DNA of 64,000 bases from Vicugna vicugna (taxonomy: Eukaryota): the NCBI GenBank assembly GCA_013265495.1, contig MU061579.1, positions 1,733,319-1,797,318 on the forward strand, given 5' to 3'. Both the position numbers and the translations under genes were made by a program. How positions within the stretch are numbered: the first letter of the stretch is position 1; every line of letters begins with the position of its first letter. Below the pieces are notes generated by a model that had not been told where the DNA came from, did no database searches, and saw nothing but the letters and a program-made list of their open reading frames with translations. This document shows positions 27,776 through 39,669 of this stretch, piece by piece.

Positions 27776-28401
27776 CACATATTAAAATTATTGTTAAATA
27801 CATTTTCAGAATCAATCAAAACTTCAGTTTTAGAATTTATGTTTGAGAAAAACAAAATAAATAAGAGACCAACAGAAGGAAGGCAAAAATAGATGGAAGA
27901 GAATGAGAAAGATTTTTGCAATGGACCATGGTTACTTCCATCATGAGCAACAGCTCTTGCTTCCTCTGGAATACCCTCATGTGATACACGTACTTGAATA
28001 GACACAGCCCTACAAACAAAACACTTTTTAAAATAACTCTTGTTGGCTTATTTTACTCCATAAATGTAGTACATAGTAATATTTCTTAAAACTCGTCTTT
28101 TTCTCTATCATCTATTTCCTGCACCTGCAACAGCTATACATACACATCTTTCTTCAAAAACGATCTCACAACATCCTTACTCATATAGTTGAATAGCTCG
28201 AGTCCTGCTTTTATCACAATAAGAAATTAGCTGGCAATAAACAAATCCCTTAGAGGTCAGGGGAGTGGAAGAAACCCAACTGGCTGAGCCAGAAGTCCCT
28301 TTATTCCACAGTGAAAACAGAAGATAGACTGAAAACATTACTCATTTTATTCATACTGCATTCAAAAAAAGTTTAGAGTGAGGAAGTAAGTGTTTAGGTT
28401 G

Positions 28402-28890
28402 CTGTGTTAATTGGTCTAACTAGATAACGGAAACTTCCTGAACACAGAGAATTGGTTCTACAAGTGACAGAAAAGATACAGATCTAAATTAGGAGAGTGG
28501 AACAGCCCAGAAATCAGCAATATCAAGTAGCTGCTATCACCTCTCTGCTGGAGACACAAGAGAGGAAGGTTATCTTGTGGGGGGAGGGGGAATCTGGACC
28601 CAGGGTAGACTGAGGAGGTAGAATACATAGTGAGTTTACCTGGGAGAAGTTGCATCCACAGAGGAAAGAGAACCACTCCCTCATAATCCAAGATAAAATA
28701 AATTCCACCTATTCATTTCCTGCCCTTGGCTATCTCCCAACAACACCTTCCAAGAGTCATAGCCGGACGTCAGCTGATTAGAATCCTTAGAAAATAGGGC
28801 ACCAGTCACCCCATGATGCATGGCAGAGTAAAGAAAAGAACAAGGGTAGATGCAGAGATTCAAGGACAATCAAGTGCTGGAAAAGCACAG
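28402..28890 (-). mobile_element. Ancient LTR, family uncertain (LTR78/LTR79-like)
   Basis: GC-richer block with CAGCCCAGAAATCAGCAATATCAAGTAGCTGCTATCACCTC resembling an old eutherian LTR, with TG...CA limits. Confidence 0.45.
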
Positions 28891-30989
28891 TAAATGTTAA
28901 GGAGATTGATCATGTGGGTTGAGGAAAAAAAAACAATTAAATTATATTATACCAAAATCTTGGATTGAAGGATGGATGAATGGATGGATAGATTAGAGGA
29001 GAGAGAGAGAACAGGGCAAGAACGGAAAGAGAAGAGAGAGAAACAACAAACCCAAATCTATCTTGGGTGATAACTAGCAACCATCAATGTAAGGTTCAAG
29101 GAGGAGTTTATTTGCTTTGATGCGGGTTTGGTGACTGTAACTGTTATGTTAATTTATAAATGATAAATATCCATTCATTTCATGACATTTGTGTTTTTAC
29201 CATTACTTCCTGAAAATTTTTTGATAAAGAATATTAAGCAGCATAACACTTTTCACCCCATTTTGGGATGACTTTAGAATTATAGCTATTCTTTCAAGTT
29301 TTGTAATGTCTTCTTTTGCAAAAATTGTGGTGTCTTTAAAAATGAACAGTAGCATCGGCTGCAGATCTTTGGCTCACTTTTAGTTAAAGACCCAATTTGT
29401 AATCTATGTTGTTTCATTACAGTGAATGATGTGTATTCTTTGTTTACTTGTGGAAGAACATATTCCTGCTTCTCAGTTATTCATTGGACAGCCAGCCCCA
29501 TTTCCCTTCACACATACATTGTTTATTTATAGCTTTGAAAAGGATTTTTACAAACTGGACATTGTCATTATCTTTTCTCATAAAGGAACTAGGAAGCCAG
29601 CTCAGTATCTCTGCTCTATCTAAATGTATGTTTGACTGGGTCAAAGTCATTGGGAGTCCATCCCAACATTTCGGGATCTCAAACTAATTTTCAAGGTGGT
29701 TTTCAAGGTGAAAATAAATGTTCTTTTCAGAGAATATCCTTAGTCCATCTTGGTCACACAGTAAATAATCCAAACCAATATAAACTATTCTTTTAGCCGT
29801 TGTCAGCCTCAGTTTTCTCATTTGTAAGGTCATTACGGTCAATATTAAATATAACACAATACATACATGCTCAATCAAGACTCGCATCTGCAGAGTCTAT
29901 CTTTATTAACATTTTCTTAAAGGCTCTGCGTTCTGTTGTGGTTTTGATTCTCTTCTTGGACTGTCAGACTTTCATAGCCTCTCTCTACTTTCAACTTATT
30001 CTTTCAATTCTATATTGGATTGTGAAATAATTTAAGCATGACAAAAACATCTAAATAACAGTAGGTTGGTTCTGCCTGAGGAATAAGGTGTTTAAAAAAG
30101 AATGTTTAATGTGTATCAGCTTTACTTCATTGGACTTTACGACATTACTTTTAGCTGGTTAGACTCCATTTTTTTACCTTTCTTTTACTTGGCTGAAGAT
30201 TGCATAGTTCAGGTTGTCAAATTAATGATCTCAGTATGTGACAAAATATTGTATTTTCTTTATTATTGCTAAGAAATAATAAAAGTGATTCCATTTCCAC
30301 ACTTGGAAAATAATTTAATTATTAAGATTTTTCTCCTGTTTACACACACTTATTTATAATGGTTCTTTGAATAATTCATGTAGTCCTTAATGATGACTTC
30401 CTATAGTTGTATAAATAGTAACAATGCAATTGGAGAGAATGAAGTAAGCATTTAATTATTCTCTCTATTGGTCAGATAATAAGTTTGGGGAAGCTATGAG
30501 CAATTCTAAATCTGGACATTTACATAGGAAAGATGGAGCAAATTAGAAATTATTAAAAACCAATTCCCTGTCCCCTCACAGTATAATCATAAGAATTGCT
30601 CCTCTTTCATAATATAAACTTATTTATTGGCTTTAAATAATGTTTATACACACCAATAAATGCATGATTTAATTACTGCACTCCTTAAATGTTCGGTTGG
30701 TGTTATAGCCATGATATTTTCTTACTATATAATCATAATGTGTCAATCTCTGAAAGCAAGAAATAAAAATAAATGCATGATGTTAAAAATGAGGATGAGG
30801 ATGATTACAGTTGTGGATTTCACAATTTCTCCCATGGTACCAAGCACTGACTGGGGACAAGTAGGGGTGATTTTTAAAGTATAATAAAGAGTTGTCTACA
30901 ATAATAGAATGATTTTTTTAAACCTGCATTATTCATTGCTTCATTTTACTTCTGTTCAAATACTCTATTTGTTCAGCTGAATGAAATGA

Positions 30990-31460
30990 TCATACAATGC
31001 TAATCACCTATCATGTGCAAGGTGTTTGGAGAATAAAAAAGATAAATGATGTTTATAGTAATACTGTTCATAGTAACACTGCAGCCTTACTTAAAAAAAA
31101 ACAGGCAGATATAGCAGACTATAATACATTGTAGAATTGTAAAATATTTGTTGATTTTCAAAATCTGTGATGGAAGCATATGAGAAAAAAAAATAATTTA
31201 TTTTAACATTGGGAAAATTTCATGGAGGAGAGAGTAATTGTTTTAAGTGTTTCAGGTGAACAATTTAAAGAACCAGAAAATGAGAAACCAGATATTCTCA
31301 GACTGAAAGATAAGCATGGGTAAAGATACGGGGTGGGAACAAGACTTTAGAAAGCAGAAAATAACTGAAATATTGGAGAAAAATGCTCGAGGGCAATGAA
31401 TAATGAGGCTGGAAAAGCAGTTTGGGACAAAGTCATCGAGAGGCTGGCATACCATTGAAA
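30990..31460 (-). mobile_element. L2 LINE fragment
   Basis: CACCTATCATGTGCAAGGTG, GAAAATTTCATGGAGGAG and GAGGCTGGAAAAGCAG. Confidence 0.55.
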
Positions 31461-31744
31461 GGGATCTCATCGGTGTTCTCAACTTCTTGCTACCCAGCAC
31501 GTAGCTATGTGCGTAGGAAAGGCTGGCTCTAAGTCTAAGCTATGTAAAGTCAAACTGGGTTCTCAAATTTGTAGCATGATTTGTAAGTGCCCAGATAGAG
31601 CTCCTCTGAAGATACGTTTCAACTACAGAAGCGTAGTTACATTTTTTCACTTTTGCATCTTTTTTTAATCTATGAAAATTGTCAAATGTCGTGGAAGAGT
31701 CAAAATTTAATTCATTATTAACAAATGCCTCGATAAATTAATAA

Positions 31745-32160
31745 TAGCTTGAATGTCTAATAGACATCTCATATTAAGGTGTCAAATGCAACTCCAGTTC
31801 TCTTCTCTCCCAAATCTGCTTACCTAGTTACTATGGCAAAGCAGTTCATGTCAACTCCATTCTTCCATTTTTTAAAAATAAAAACTTTGGCATTGTCCTT
31901 GACTTCTTTAGTACTTTTTCAACCCATATCCAAATTCTGTTGGCTCTGTCAATAGATTCAAAATCCATTAAGATTCTTATTACTTCTTACTAGCTCTACA
32001 GCTGCCATCCTTGGATTTTTCCTTGGATTTTTTACCTCCCTCCTAAAAGGCCTCCCTGCATCTACCCATACATTTCAGTCATTCTCAACACATCACTAGA
32101 TCATTTTTTAGCACAGGTGAATCATGCTTTGTTACACCTTGGTCAAAGCCCTGAAAAAGG
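31745..32160 (+). mobile_element. L2 LINE fragment
   Basis: CTTGAATGTCTAATAGACATCTCA, AACTTTGGCATTGTCCTTGACT and CAAATTCTGTTGGCTCT. Confidence 0.8.
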
Positions 32161-32164
32161 TTTC

Positions 32165-32625
32165 TGATAGTTAATTATCTATCAACTTGCCTAGGCCATG
32201 AGGTGCCTAGACTTTTGGTCAAACATTATTCTAAATGTGTCTGTGAGGGATCTTCTAGACAAAATTAACATTTAAACTGGTAGACTAAGTAAAGAAGGAT
32301 GCCCTCCCTAATGTGGGAAAGCCTCATCCAATCAATTGAAGACCTAAATAGGAGACAAAGGCCGAATAGGAGGAAATTCTCCTGCCTGACTGCTTGCTTG
32401 GAGACATTGGTATTTTTCAAGCTTTTACACTCAAATTGAAAATAAGCTCTCCTTGGTTCTCCAGCCTATAGGCTTTCAGACTTGAATTTACGCCATTGAT
32501 TCTCCTGGTTCAGAAGACTCTGGACTCAGAATAGATCTATCCCATTAGCTCTCCTGGTTTGCAGCTGGCCAACTGCAGATCTTGGGACTTTGCCACCTCT
32601 AGCATCTCATGAACCAATTCCTATT
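32165..32625 (+). mobile_element. ERVL solo LTR (MLT2-type), 3' end lost
   Basis: TGATAGTTAATT start, TGGTCAAACATTATTCT, GCCCTCCCTAATGTGGG, CTGCAGATCTTGGGACTT. Confidence 0.92.
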
Positions 32626-32627
32626 TT

Positions 32628-32676
32628 TATATATATGTACACATATACACACACACACACGTATATAAAATTAGGA

Positions 32677-32709
<33 letters not shown>

Positions 32710-32721
32710 TATATATATATA
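32628..32721. repeat. Compound (CA)n/(TA)n microsatellite
   Basis: Read directly; lies at the 3' end of the MLT2 LTR. Confidence 0.95.
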
Positions 32722-32799
32722 ATTTCATGAATACAAAGCATTTAAAAAATACACTAGAAAACTTAATCAGGCTATAACAAGTGAATAAAAATAGATAAA

Positions 32800-33120
32800 G
32801 CAAATATAGCCCATGGAATTATTTTTTTACTTGAAGAGAACAATAATATTTATTCCAGGATTGTTTATAATAGGAAGGAACTCATAACAGCCAAAAAGTT
32901 TCTAAAATAAAAGAATGGGCAAAGCAATTCTATATTTATACATTAGAATTAATTACAGGAGTATAAATGAATGAGCCATGGTCAGTCAAATCAAATATAT
33001 CAGTCTCAGAAATATATGTGACTTAGCAACAGCACCAAAAAAACTGCCTCAGGTATGGCATCCATTACATAAGAACAAAAGTATACAAAAACTAAGGATA
33101 CATATATATGTATTTAACAA
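32800..33120 (+). mobile_element. Old L1 (L1ME-like) 3' fragment, host of the younger L1
   Basis: GATTGTTTATAATAGG and AAAAGAATGGGCAAAGCAATTC; appears to resume after 33672 (GGGTCATAGAGGGAATTTT). Confidence 0.5.
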
Positions 33121-33124
33121 AACT

Positions 33125-33559
33125 TCTAAATGTCCATCGACAGATGACTGGATAAAGAAGATGTGGTATATTTATATGATGGAATACTACTCAGCCATAA
33201 AAAAGAATAAAATAATGCCATTTGCAGCAACGTGGGTGGACCTGGCGATTGTCATACAAAATGAAGCAAGCCAGAAAGAGAAAGAAAAATATCATATGAT
33301 ATCACTTACATGTGGAATCTTAAAAAATGACATAAATGAACTTATTTACAAAACAGAAAGAGACTCACAGACATAGAAAACAAACTTATGGTTACCAGGG
33401 GTAAAATAGTTGGGTGCAGGGATAAACTGGGAGTTCAGGATTTGCAGATACTAACTACAATATATAAAACAGATAAACAACAAGGACCTACTGTATAGCA
33501 CAGGAAATTATAGTCAGTACTTGTAATAGCCTATAATGATAAAGAATATGAAAAGGAGT

Positions 33560-33598
<39 letters not shown>

Positions 33599-33672
33599 AA
33601 ACTGAATCTCTATGCTATACACCAGAAATTAACACAACATTGGAAACTGATTATACTTCAATTAAAAAAAAA
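33125..33672 (+). mobile_element. Young artiodactyl/camelid-type L1, 5'-truncated (ORF2 C-terminus, 3' UTR, polyA)
   Basis: ORF 32978-33376 contains KCPSTDDWIKKMWYIYMMEYYSAIKKNKIMPFAATWVDL...YHMISLTCGI, the L1 ORF2p C-terminus; ends TATACTTCAATT plus A-tail. Confidence 0.97.
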
Positions 33673-33902
33673 GGGTCATAGAGGGAATTTTAACTGTACT
33701 GGTAACACTCCTCGATTGCTCATTTTATTATTGTTTTACTATTTATGTCCTATAACATTTATATAACATATAGAATTATATTTATGAGGCATTTCATAAT
33801 AATAAAAGTATTTTAAAAGCTCAGTCTGCTTTTGTTCAGTGCTGGCTGGGGTCAGTTAACTTTGGTTCATGGGTATAGCCACATTCATGTTTCTTTTAGA
33901 GC

Positions 33903-34110
33903 ATGATAGTCAAACTATGGCTCATGAACCAAATCTATCTGTTTTGACAAAGTCTTATTAGAGCATAGCCTGCCCATTTGTTTATGTATTTTCTGTGGCT
34001 GCTATTGGGCTACAAAAGCAGAATTAAGTAGTTGCAAGAGATACCTTATAGCTTGCAAAGCCTACCATATTTATTATTTGGCCCTTTACCAAAAATTTTG
34101 CAAACCTCTA
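33903..34110 (+). mobile_element. MER58A-like (hAT-Charlie) DNA transposon
   Basis: CAAACTATGGCTC, GCAGAATTAAGTAGTTGCAA and TGGCCCTTTACCAAAAATTTTGC. Confidence 0.85.
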
Positions 34111-36289
34111 ATTCAGTGCAACATCTTAATACCCACCCTAACTGGTAAGAACAGCTCAGAAGTCACGGCCACAATGAGCTACGGAGAAAAAACCTAGGAG
34201 AAATTTTTTTGTATATGTAACAAAGTGGCATAAGCGTTTGAGATTCTGAGACAGCCATTATACAGCAGGTGTGGGGGATGGGAGCAACATGCCAGCAAAC
34301 AGAATTAAAACTAAGCCAACAAAAACACTTGCAAACAGTAACTCGTGCAGTCCTCTCAATCCCCATGGAAACCATCCGAGGCACAGACAGATTAAGGAAA
34401 CCACCCATGTTCACAGATGTTGGATGTAGGGAACCCAGAATTCCATACAAACTGACTCCTTGTATAGAATAATCCATACTCAGAACTGCCATCCTCTATG
34501 ATCAAGGTGATCCCCATGGTAAACTATATGCTGCGAGAAAACTCTTCTTTCAATATCTCAAAGCTTCTGTAAGTTGTGTTATTTTGGAAAGTGAAGGAGG
34601 CAGTGACATATTCAGTGTACCTCTTGCGTGGGAATGGAAAGATTCAGTGGACTCCAGACATTAGGAATAAAGAGAAATTTAAGTCTCTTGGTCATCTATA
34701 AATTTAGGAGGTACTGGGTTTCCAACCATATGTAATATGGAGATTTGATATTTAATATTTACATACTGAAGGACAGGGAATTTGCACATAAAGGAATTGA
34801 AATCACCAAATTGGCAGATATCCTGGTTATGTTTTACGAATACAACAAATACTTGTTTAGTTTTGTAATTAGTCAATTTACAAAAAATGAGGATGTCATG
34901 TTGGGAACATATCTTATATTTGTTTGTCTGTCTTTAAAGTAGCCATGCAGAATGATCTTCACATGGTGAATTGCCACTGACTACAAGGATCAACCCAGTG
35001 TGTGGCTCTTAGAAGAGGGGAAAAAAGAAAAATGGCTGTTGAATTCAGTTACCAACAATGAAGTAAGTAAGATGGGTATTTCCCTGTGTTTTTGTTTAAA
35101 ATAATTACACACTTATTAGAAAATAAGAATTTATTGAAAAATTTTCAAGATAACTATAATATCAAAAAGTATTTTTGAAGTATATTGAGATAATGTAATA
35201 AATGCTGTTTCATATAATATGCAAATATAAGATCTTTTTAAAATTATTTTTTAGTTTAATTGTATGCTATATAAAATCAATTTTGCCCTACTACAAGTGC
35301 AAGTTCATGGGAAAGATTGTAAGTAATCAGAAAAAAACTTTTTTATAATTTTATTTTCTTAGTGTCCATAGATCAAAAAAATATAGGCCATAGAGAGATT
35401 TGAGAATTAGGTTAAAAGCCTTCTGTGCCCCCAGATATAATTGATGCTGCACAGCAATTAAAGAAAATTACCTAGAATTCTTATGTATAATGGCTTAATT
35501 TATTTTTATCATTATGCTTTTATGTGGAGCAACACATTTATCATACAGACTTGAAGAATTCTGATTTGGATTGAATGAAGCACATATATTACATTGACTC
35601 TTTTTTAAATTATCTGAAATTGGAAAACAAAAGCAATTGTTATAGGCTTACACTTTGAAAATATTATTTTAGCAATATGACATTTAATGTTTCATTTAAA
35701 TTCAATTAAGCTTTGATCTATGGTTTCTGAAAGATATAAAGTCAAAGCAATTTACATAATTTGGATATTTTAATGTAATATATCTTGTTACTTACCGCAG
35801 AGGTTGTCACATTTATCATCCCATTAATTCCTATGTCCTTATATAACCCTTTTAGGATTTCTTGTAGGCAGGGATCTTTCCTTTGTCCCTCACATTTCAG
35901 CGTGTGCTTTTCAGAGCCCATTCACGACATCTGTGTCTGGTACTCATTCCCTATCTTATTAGGATAATGGGCCAGGACTCCATTGCAAAGCTCTGCTTTG
36001 CAGGTCGAAGAAGACTCTTGGTCACTTGCTGTGTGATCGTTCTTACTTCTTTAGGGAAGCCCACATTCCTCCTACTGCTGAACTGTCAGTAGGTAAGCAT
36101 GCTACGTATAGGATTGGGCCCAAGAGACCATTAACATTTTACAAAATACAAAACAGAAAGTCATGAGAAAATTAGCAGGCCTTATTTTCCATCTATTTCA
36201 ATGACAAGTCAATAAACATCTACTGAGGATTCCCTAGGAAACAGGAAAAATTGCATTTGGAGGTCAGCGCTGGACAGGATGCAAAAGAA

Positions 36290-37350
36290 AACTCCTGTAC
36301 ATACAGGCTTTCAGTAGTGTGGTGGTGAGGTGTGAGGGGGGGAAGTGTTCTACAGTGCTGTGATTAGGTCTCAGTCACTCGGTGAGCCTGTGCATCTGGA
36401 CTGTGAATTTCACATGTGTCTCTCAGGTTTTTTCCCTCCACACTTAGGTGGAACAAGATGGCTAGAGCTGGCTGGAGGTGAGTATTTCTCTTCCCCCAGG
36501 TCAGTCAGGACCTGACAATACCCCAGCAGATTACACTCTGGTTAACTAGTTTCTCTTACGGGCAGGACTTGTTAAGAAAAGAGTGTACAGTTGACCCTTG
36601 GGTTTGAACATCAGTTTGTACCTCACAGATCCATTTTTATGCAGATTTTCTTCAATAAATTAATAGATATACTGTAAATGTATTTTCTTTTCCTTTGATT
36701 TTCTTAATAACGGTTTCTTTTCTCTAGCCTAGTTTACTGTAAGAATATAATGTATTACATACATAATACACAAAATATGTGTTAATCGACCCTTTATGTT
36801 ATTGATACAGCTTCTGGTCAACAGTAAGTTATAAATAGTTAAGTTTTTGGAAAGTCAAGAGTTATACTCAGATTTTTGAGTGTGCGGGAGGTTTGGTTCC
36901 CCTTATCCCCTCATTGTTCAAAGGTCAACTGTATTTCAGATGGGTTCCTTTTCCTCCTCTGCAGGAAGCTGGAGGAGATTTTTCTCTGATATTCACCAGA
37001 TTAAACTCCTGGAGGAAGCACTCACAAAACTGTGGGGGCATTTCTATGATTGGGGTCACCCAGGAGTTGTTAGCTCTCAGACTTGTCTGCACTGAGCCTC
37101 TACCAATTCATCAATTATAGTTCTGGTTCTCTGAGAGGTTTCTGCTTGTGGGCTCCTGCTCCAGTAAGCTAATGACCTGTATTCATCTGTTGGTCTCTCC
37201 AATTTGAGGGGAGCTATTTGATCTGTGCCCTCTCTCCTCGTACAGATCCTGGAAGGGTTGTTGATTTTTTGGTCTGTTCAGCTTTTTACTTGTTAGAACA
37301 AAGTGATGACTTCCAAGTTCCTTACATGTGGAATCTGAGATGGGTAGTCA
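36290..37350 (-). mobile_element. Old L1 5' UTR fragment (L1MC/L1MD 5'-end type), split by a Tigger2a element
   Basis: GATTAGGTCTCAGTC...GTGAGCCTGTGC and CTCTCAGACTTGTCTGCACTGAGCCTC...GACTTCCAAGTTCCTTACATG; the sequence is continuous across the Tigger insertion. Confidence 0.75.
36588..36931 (+). mobile_element. Tigger2a-like MITE (TcMar-Tigger)
   Basis: Terminal inverted repeats CAGTTGACCCTTG / CAAAGGTCAACTG, flanked by TA on both sides (36586-36587, 36932-36933). Confidence 0.95.
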
Positions 37351-37590
37351 AGGTCATTATTCTAATTTTTTTTCAGTAAAAGAGGGAGAAATATAATTTC
37401 AACCCAGAGCATATGAGGGCCAGATCACATCACAGAAATTAACCATAAATCAATCTCTTATGACCTCCCCTGAGATAGCATGTGTATTGTGAGTGCGTTT
37501 GGGGGAGGAGTGGCAGTAAGGTAGGCAGGGCTTTTCACTCCTTCAGATCATGGAAGAAATTCTAAAAGAAACCTCACAACACAGTGCATG

Positions 37591-38188
37591 TGAAGGGGAA
37601 ATAATAAAGTGGTCATATTTAGGCTAACAGATTGCTTATTCTTATGTGTGCCCTTAAAACGGTCAACAAACCTGACAGACAGGTTATTGCTCACAGCTCC
37701 AGGCCCCTTGTTAAAACTAAAGCTATTGATCTTACTGTTTCTACTTTATTACAGTAATTGAAAGTTATAATCATGCTTGGCTTCTGAGTTGTTCTCCAGG
37801 AAGAAGGTCACAGAACTGTAACCCTACAAAACAGGCTAAATTATCATAAAGAATCACGCCGCAGGTGTTTGCAAGATGAAAGGACTGAAAAAGTAACAAT
37901 TGCTAGTCTCTACAGTATTGGTCTTCTGGAGACACCATGATACCATTCTAAAACTTGTGACAAGGAAATGATTTTGCTGATTGTTACTGGTGTTTTATTG
38001 TTAAAGCTATGACTATGTAATCACCCTACCCCAACCCCAAGGTGGAGTCACAATTTTGAAGGCACTAGCCTGTTGTAGGTCCCCTTTGCCTAGCAAAGCA
38101 ATAAAGCTGTCTCTTTTCTTCTAAGCTCCAAGACCCTGTCTATGAGTCATCTGACTTGTCAGGGACAGGGGCCGATCTTTCAGCAACA
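37591..38188 (+). mobile_element. ERV1-type solo LTR, 598 bp, probably lineage-restricted
   Basis: TGAAGGGG start and CAGCAACA end; perfect 4-bp target-site duplication CATG (37587-37590, 38189-38192); AATAAA at 38100-38105. Confidence 0.88.
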
Positions 38189-38599
38189 CATGTCATACCT
38201 AAGTTTGACTTAAAAGTGTTTTGACTAGAATGAGAAAGGGACATTTTTGAAAAACATTTAAAAAATGTTTGGTGTTCTAATTCTTCAGCTTCCAAAACAA
38301 CGCAATTAATTAATATAGAACATGATGACAGAAATCAATCTCCAAAACATCAACAAGGATTCCACTAAATCTAGAGATAATGGCCAAGTTTACTATTATT
38401 CCCAAGATAGTTTCTGGTGGAACGGGTACACTAAAAAAACAAAACAAAACTGTAGGTTAAGGATAAATATTCGTAGCATATGAAGTTGTTCAAATTGCTA
38501 ATGCCCTGCCTGTATCCCCACGCCCTTCCCCCACTGCCCTGCTCTTTCTTCTAACGTTCAAACCATCGCAACATTCGAATAGCTGCTGTTGTAAGAAAA

Positions 38600-39185
38600 G
38601 GATGATCTCATCTCATTGGCTTTACTTCTTCATTTGACATTCACACTCAAGCCAGTGAAATCTCGTTTCATCCTCTACTGCTCAAACTATCACTAGTGTC
38701 CTAGTTAAATCTGGTGGATTCTTCACAGAACATTTCTTACCACTGCAGCGTTTGATGTTGAAGGCAATTTTCTCCATAGTTTGCATTCTTGAAACTTCTT
38801 CCTTGATTTCTGTGACACAACCTTCTCCAGGTGTTTTCTTATCTTTCTAGTTGCTCTTTTATTCTTAAGTGAGCTTTTCCCCCGTCACAGCTCCTAAATT
38901 TTGGTGTTCCGCAGAAACCGTGTTTAACCTGGGGAAAACTTCATTTTTTCCCTATGGTATCTCAGTCGCTCTAACAGCTTTATCTATATAGTGAGGACGG
39001 ACTTTTCGCTTGAGCTGTGTATTTATCAGTAAACCCAAATTGCCTTCTAATTATTTCCACATAGGAATTGGTCCATTCCATAGAACAACTGTCAGTTTTT
39101 AACTCGGCTTGTTATACCCCTAGCAAACATAGATCTATTTTCTCCGTCTTAGAAAGTGGCACTCTTAATCTCCTCCTCCCTGACC
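38600..39185 (+). mobile_element. L2 LINE fragments
   Basis: CATTCTTGAAACTTCTTCCTTGATTTCTGTGACAC and similar degraded L2 motifs. Confidence 0.65.
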
Positions 39186-39209
39186 CATCATACACTTCTT
39201 AGTTGTACT

Positions 39210-39669
39210 TGTCCCTGCTGGGGTCAGCAAGGGCTAAAATTGCTTTTTCATTGAAAAGCAATCAAAGTAGAAATCTACCGAATTTGCTAAAATCACAAGC
39301 GAATTTATAAAGCTTCAGGGCCAAGAAAATGAGTTCTAAATCTTCTAGTCTGGCACCAGTTAGCAATGATGACGGTCAGACAAGAGAGATTTCATTTAAA
39401 CTGATCACCCCGTTTGTTTGGAATAACTATTACCTGTGCATGTGGAGACAGAATAAAGCAGTACCACCCGGGAGAGTCCTGGACGCACCGCTGCTTGTAT
39501 CGGAAGCCTCTGTGGCCCCACCTCAAGTATCACATTGGACTGCAGCAGCAGCAGCAGCGCTGGTGGACAGCTCCGTGCCGCAGTTGTTCAATCAGTTCCC
39601 TGTATTACACTCTCTCTGTTACAATAGCAGGTGTGGTTTCTGTTTTCCTGCCTGAGCCTAACTGATGCA
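39210..39669 (+). mobile_element. ERVL-class LTR (LTR40/LTR41-like)
   Basis: 3' terminus GTGGTTTCTGTTTTCCTGCCTGAGCCTAACTGATGCA is typical of this group; 5' limit uncertain. Confidence 0.55.

Noticed and set aside
32978..33376. 132-aa ORF as a cellular gene
   Set aside because: It is the L1 ORF2 C-terminus fused by chance to upstream degraded repeat sequence.
39414..39665. ORF with a short polyQ tract (overlapping ORF reads polyA)
   Set aside because: Produced by a (CAG)5 run within an LTR relic; no coding signature.
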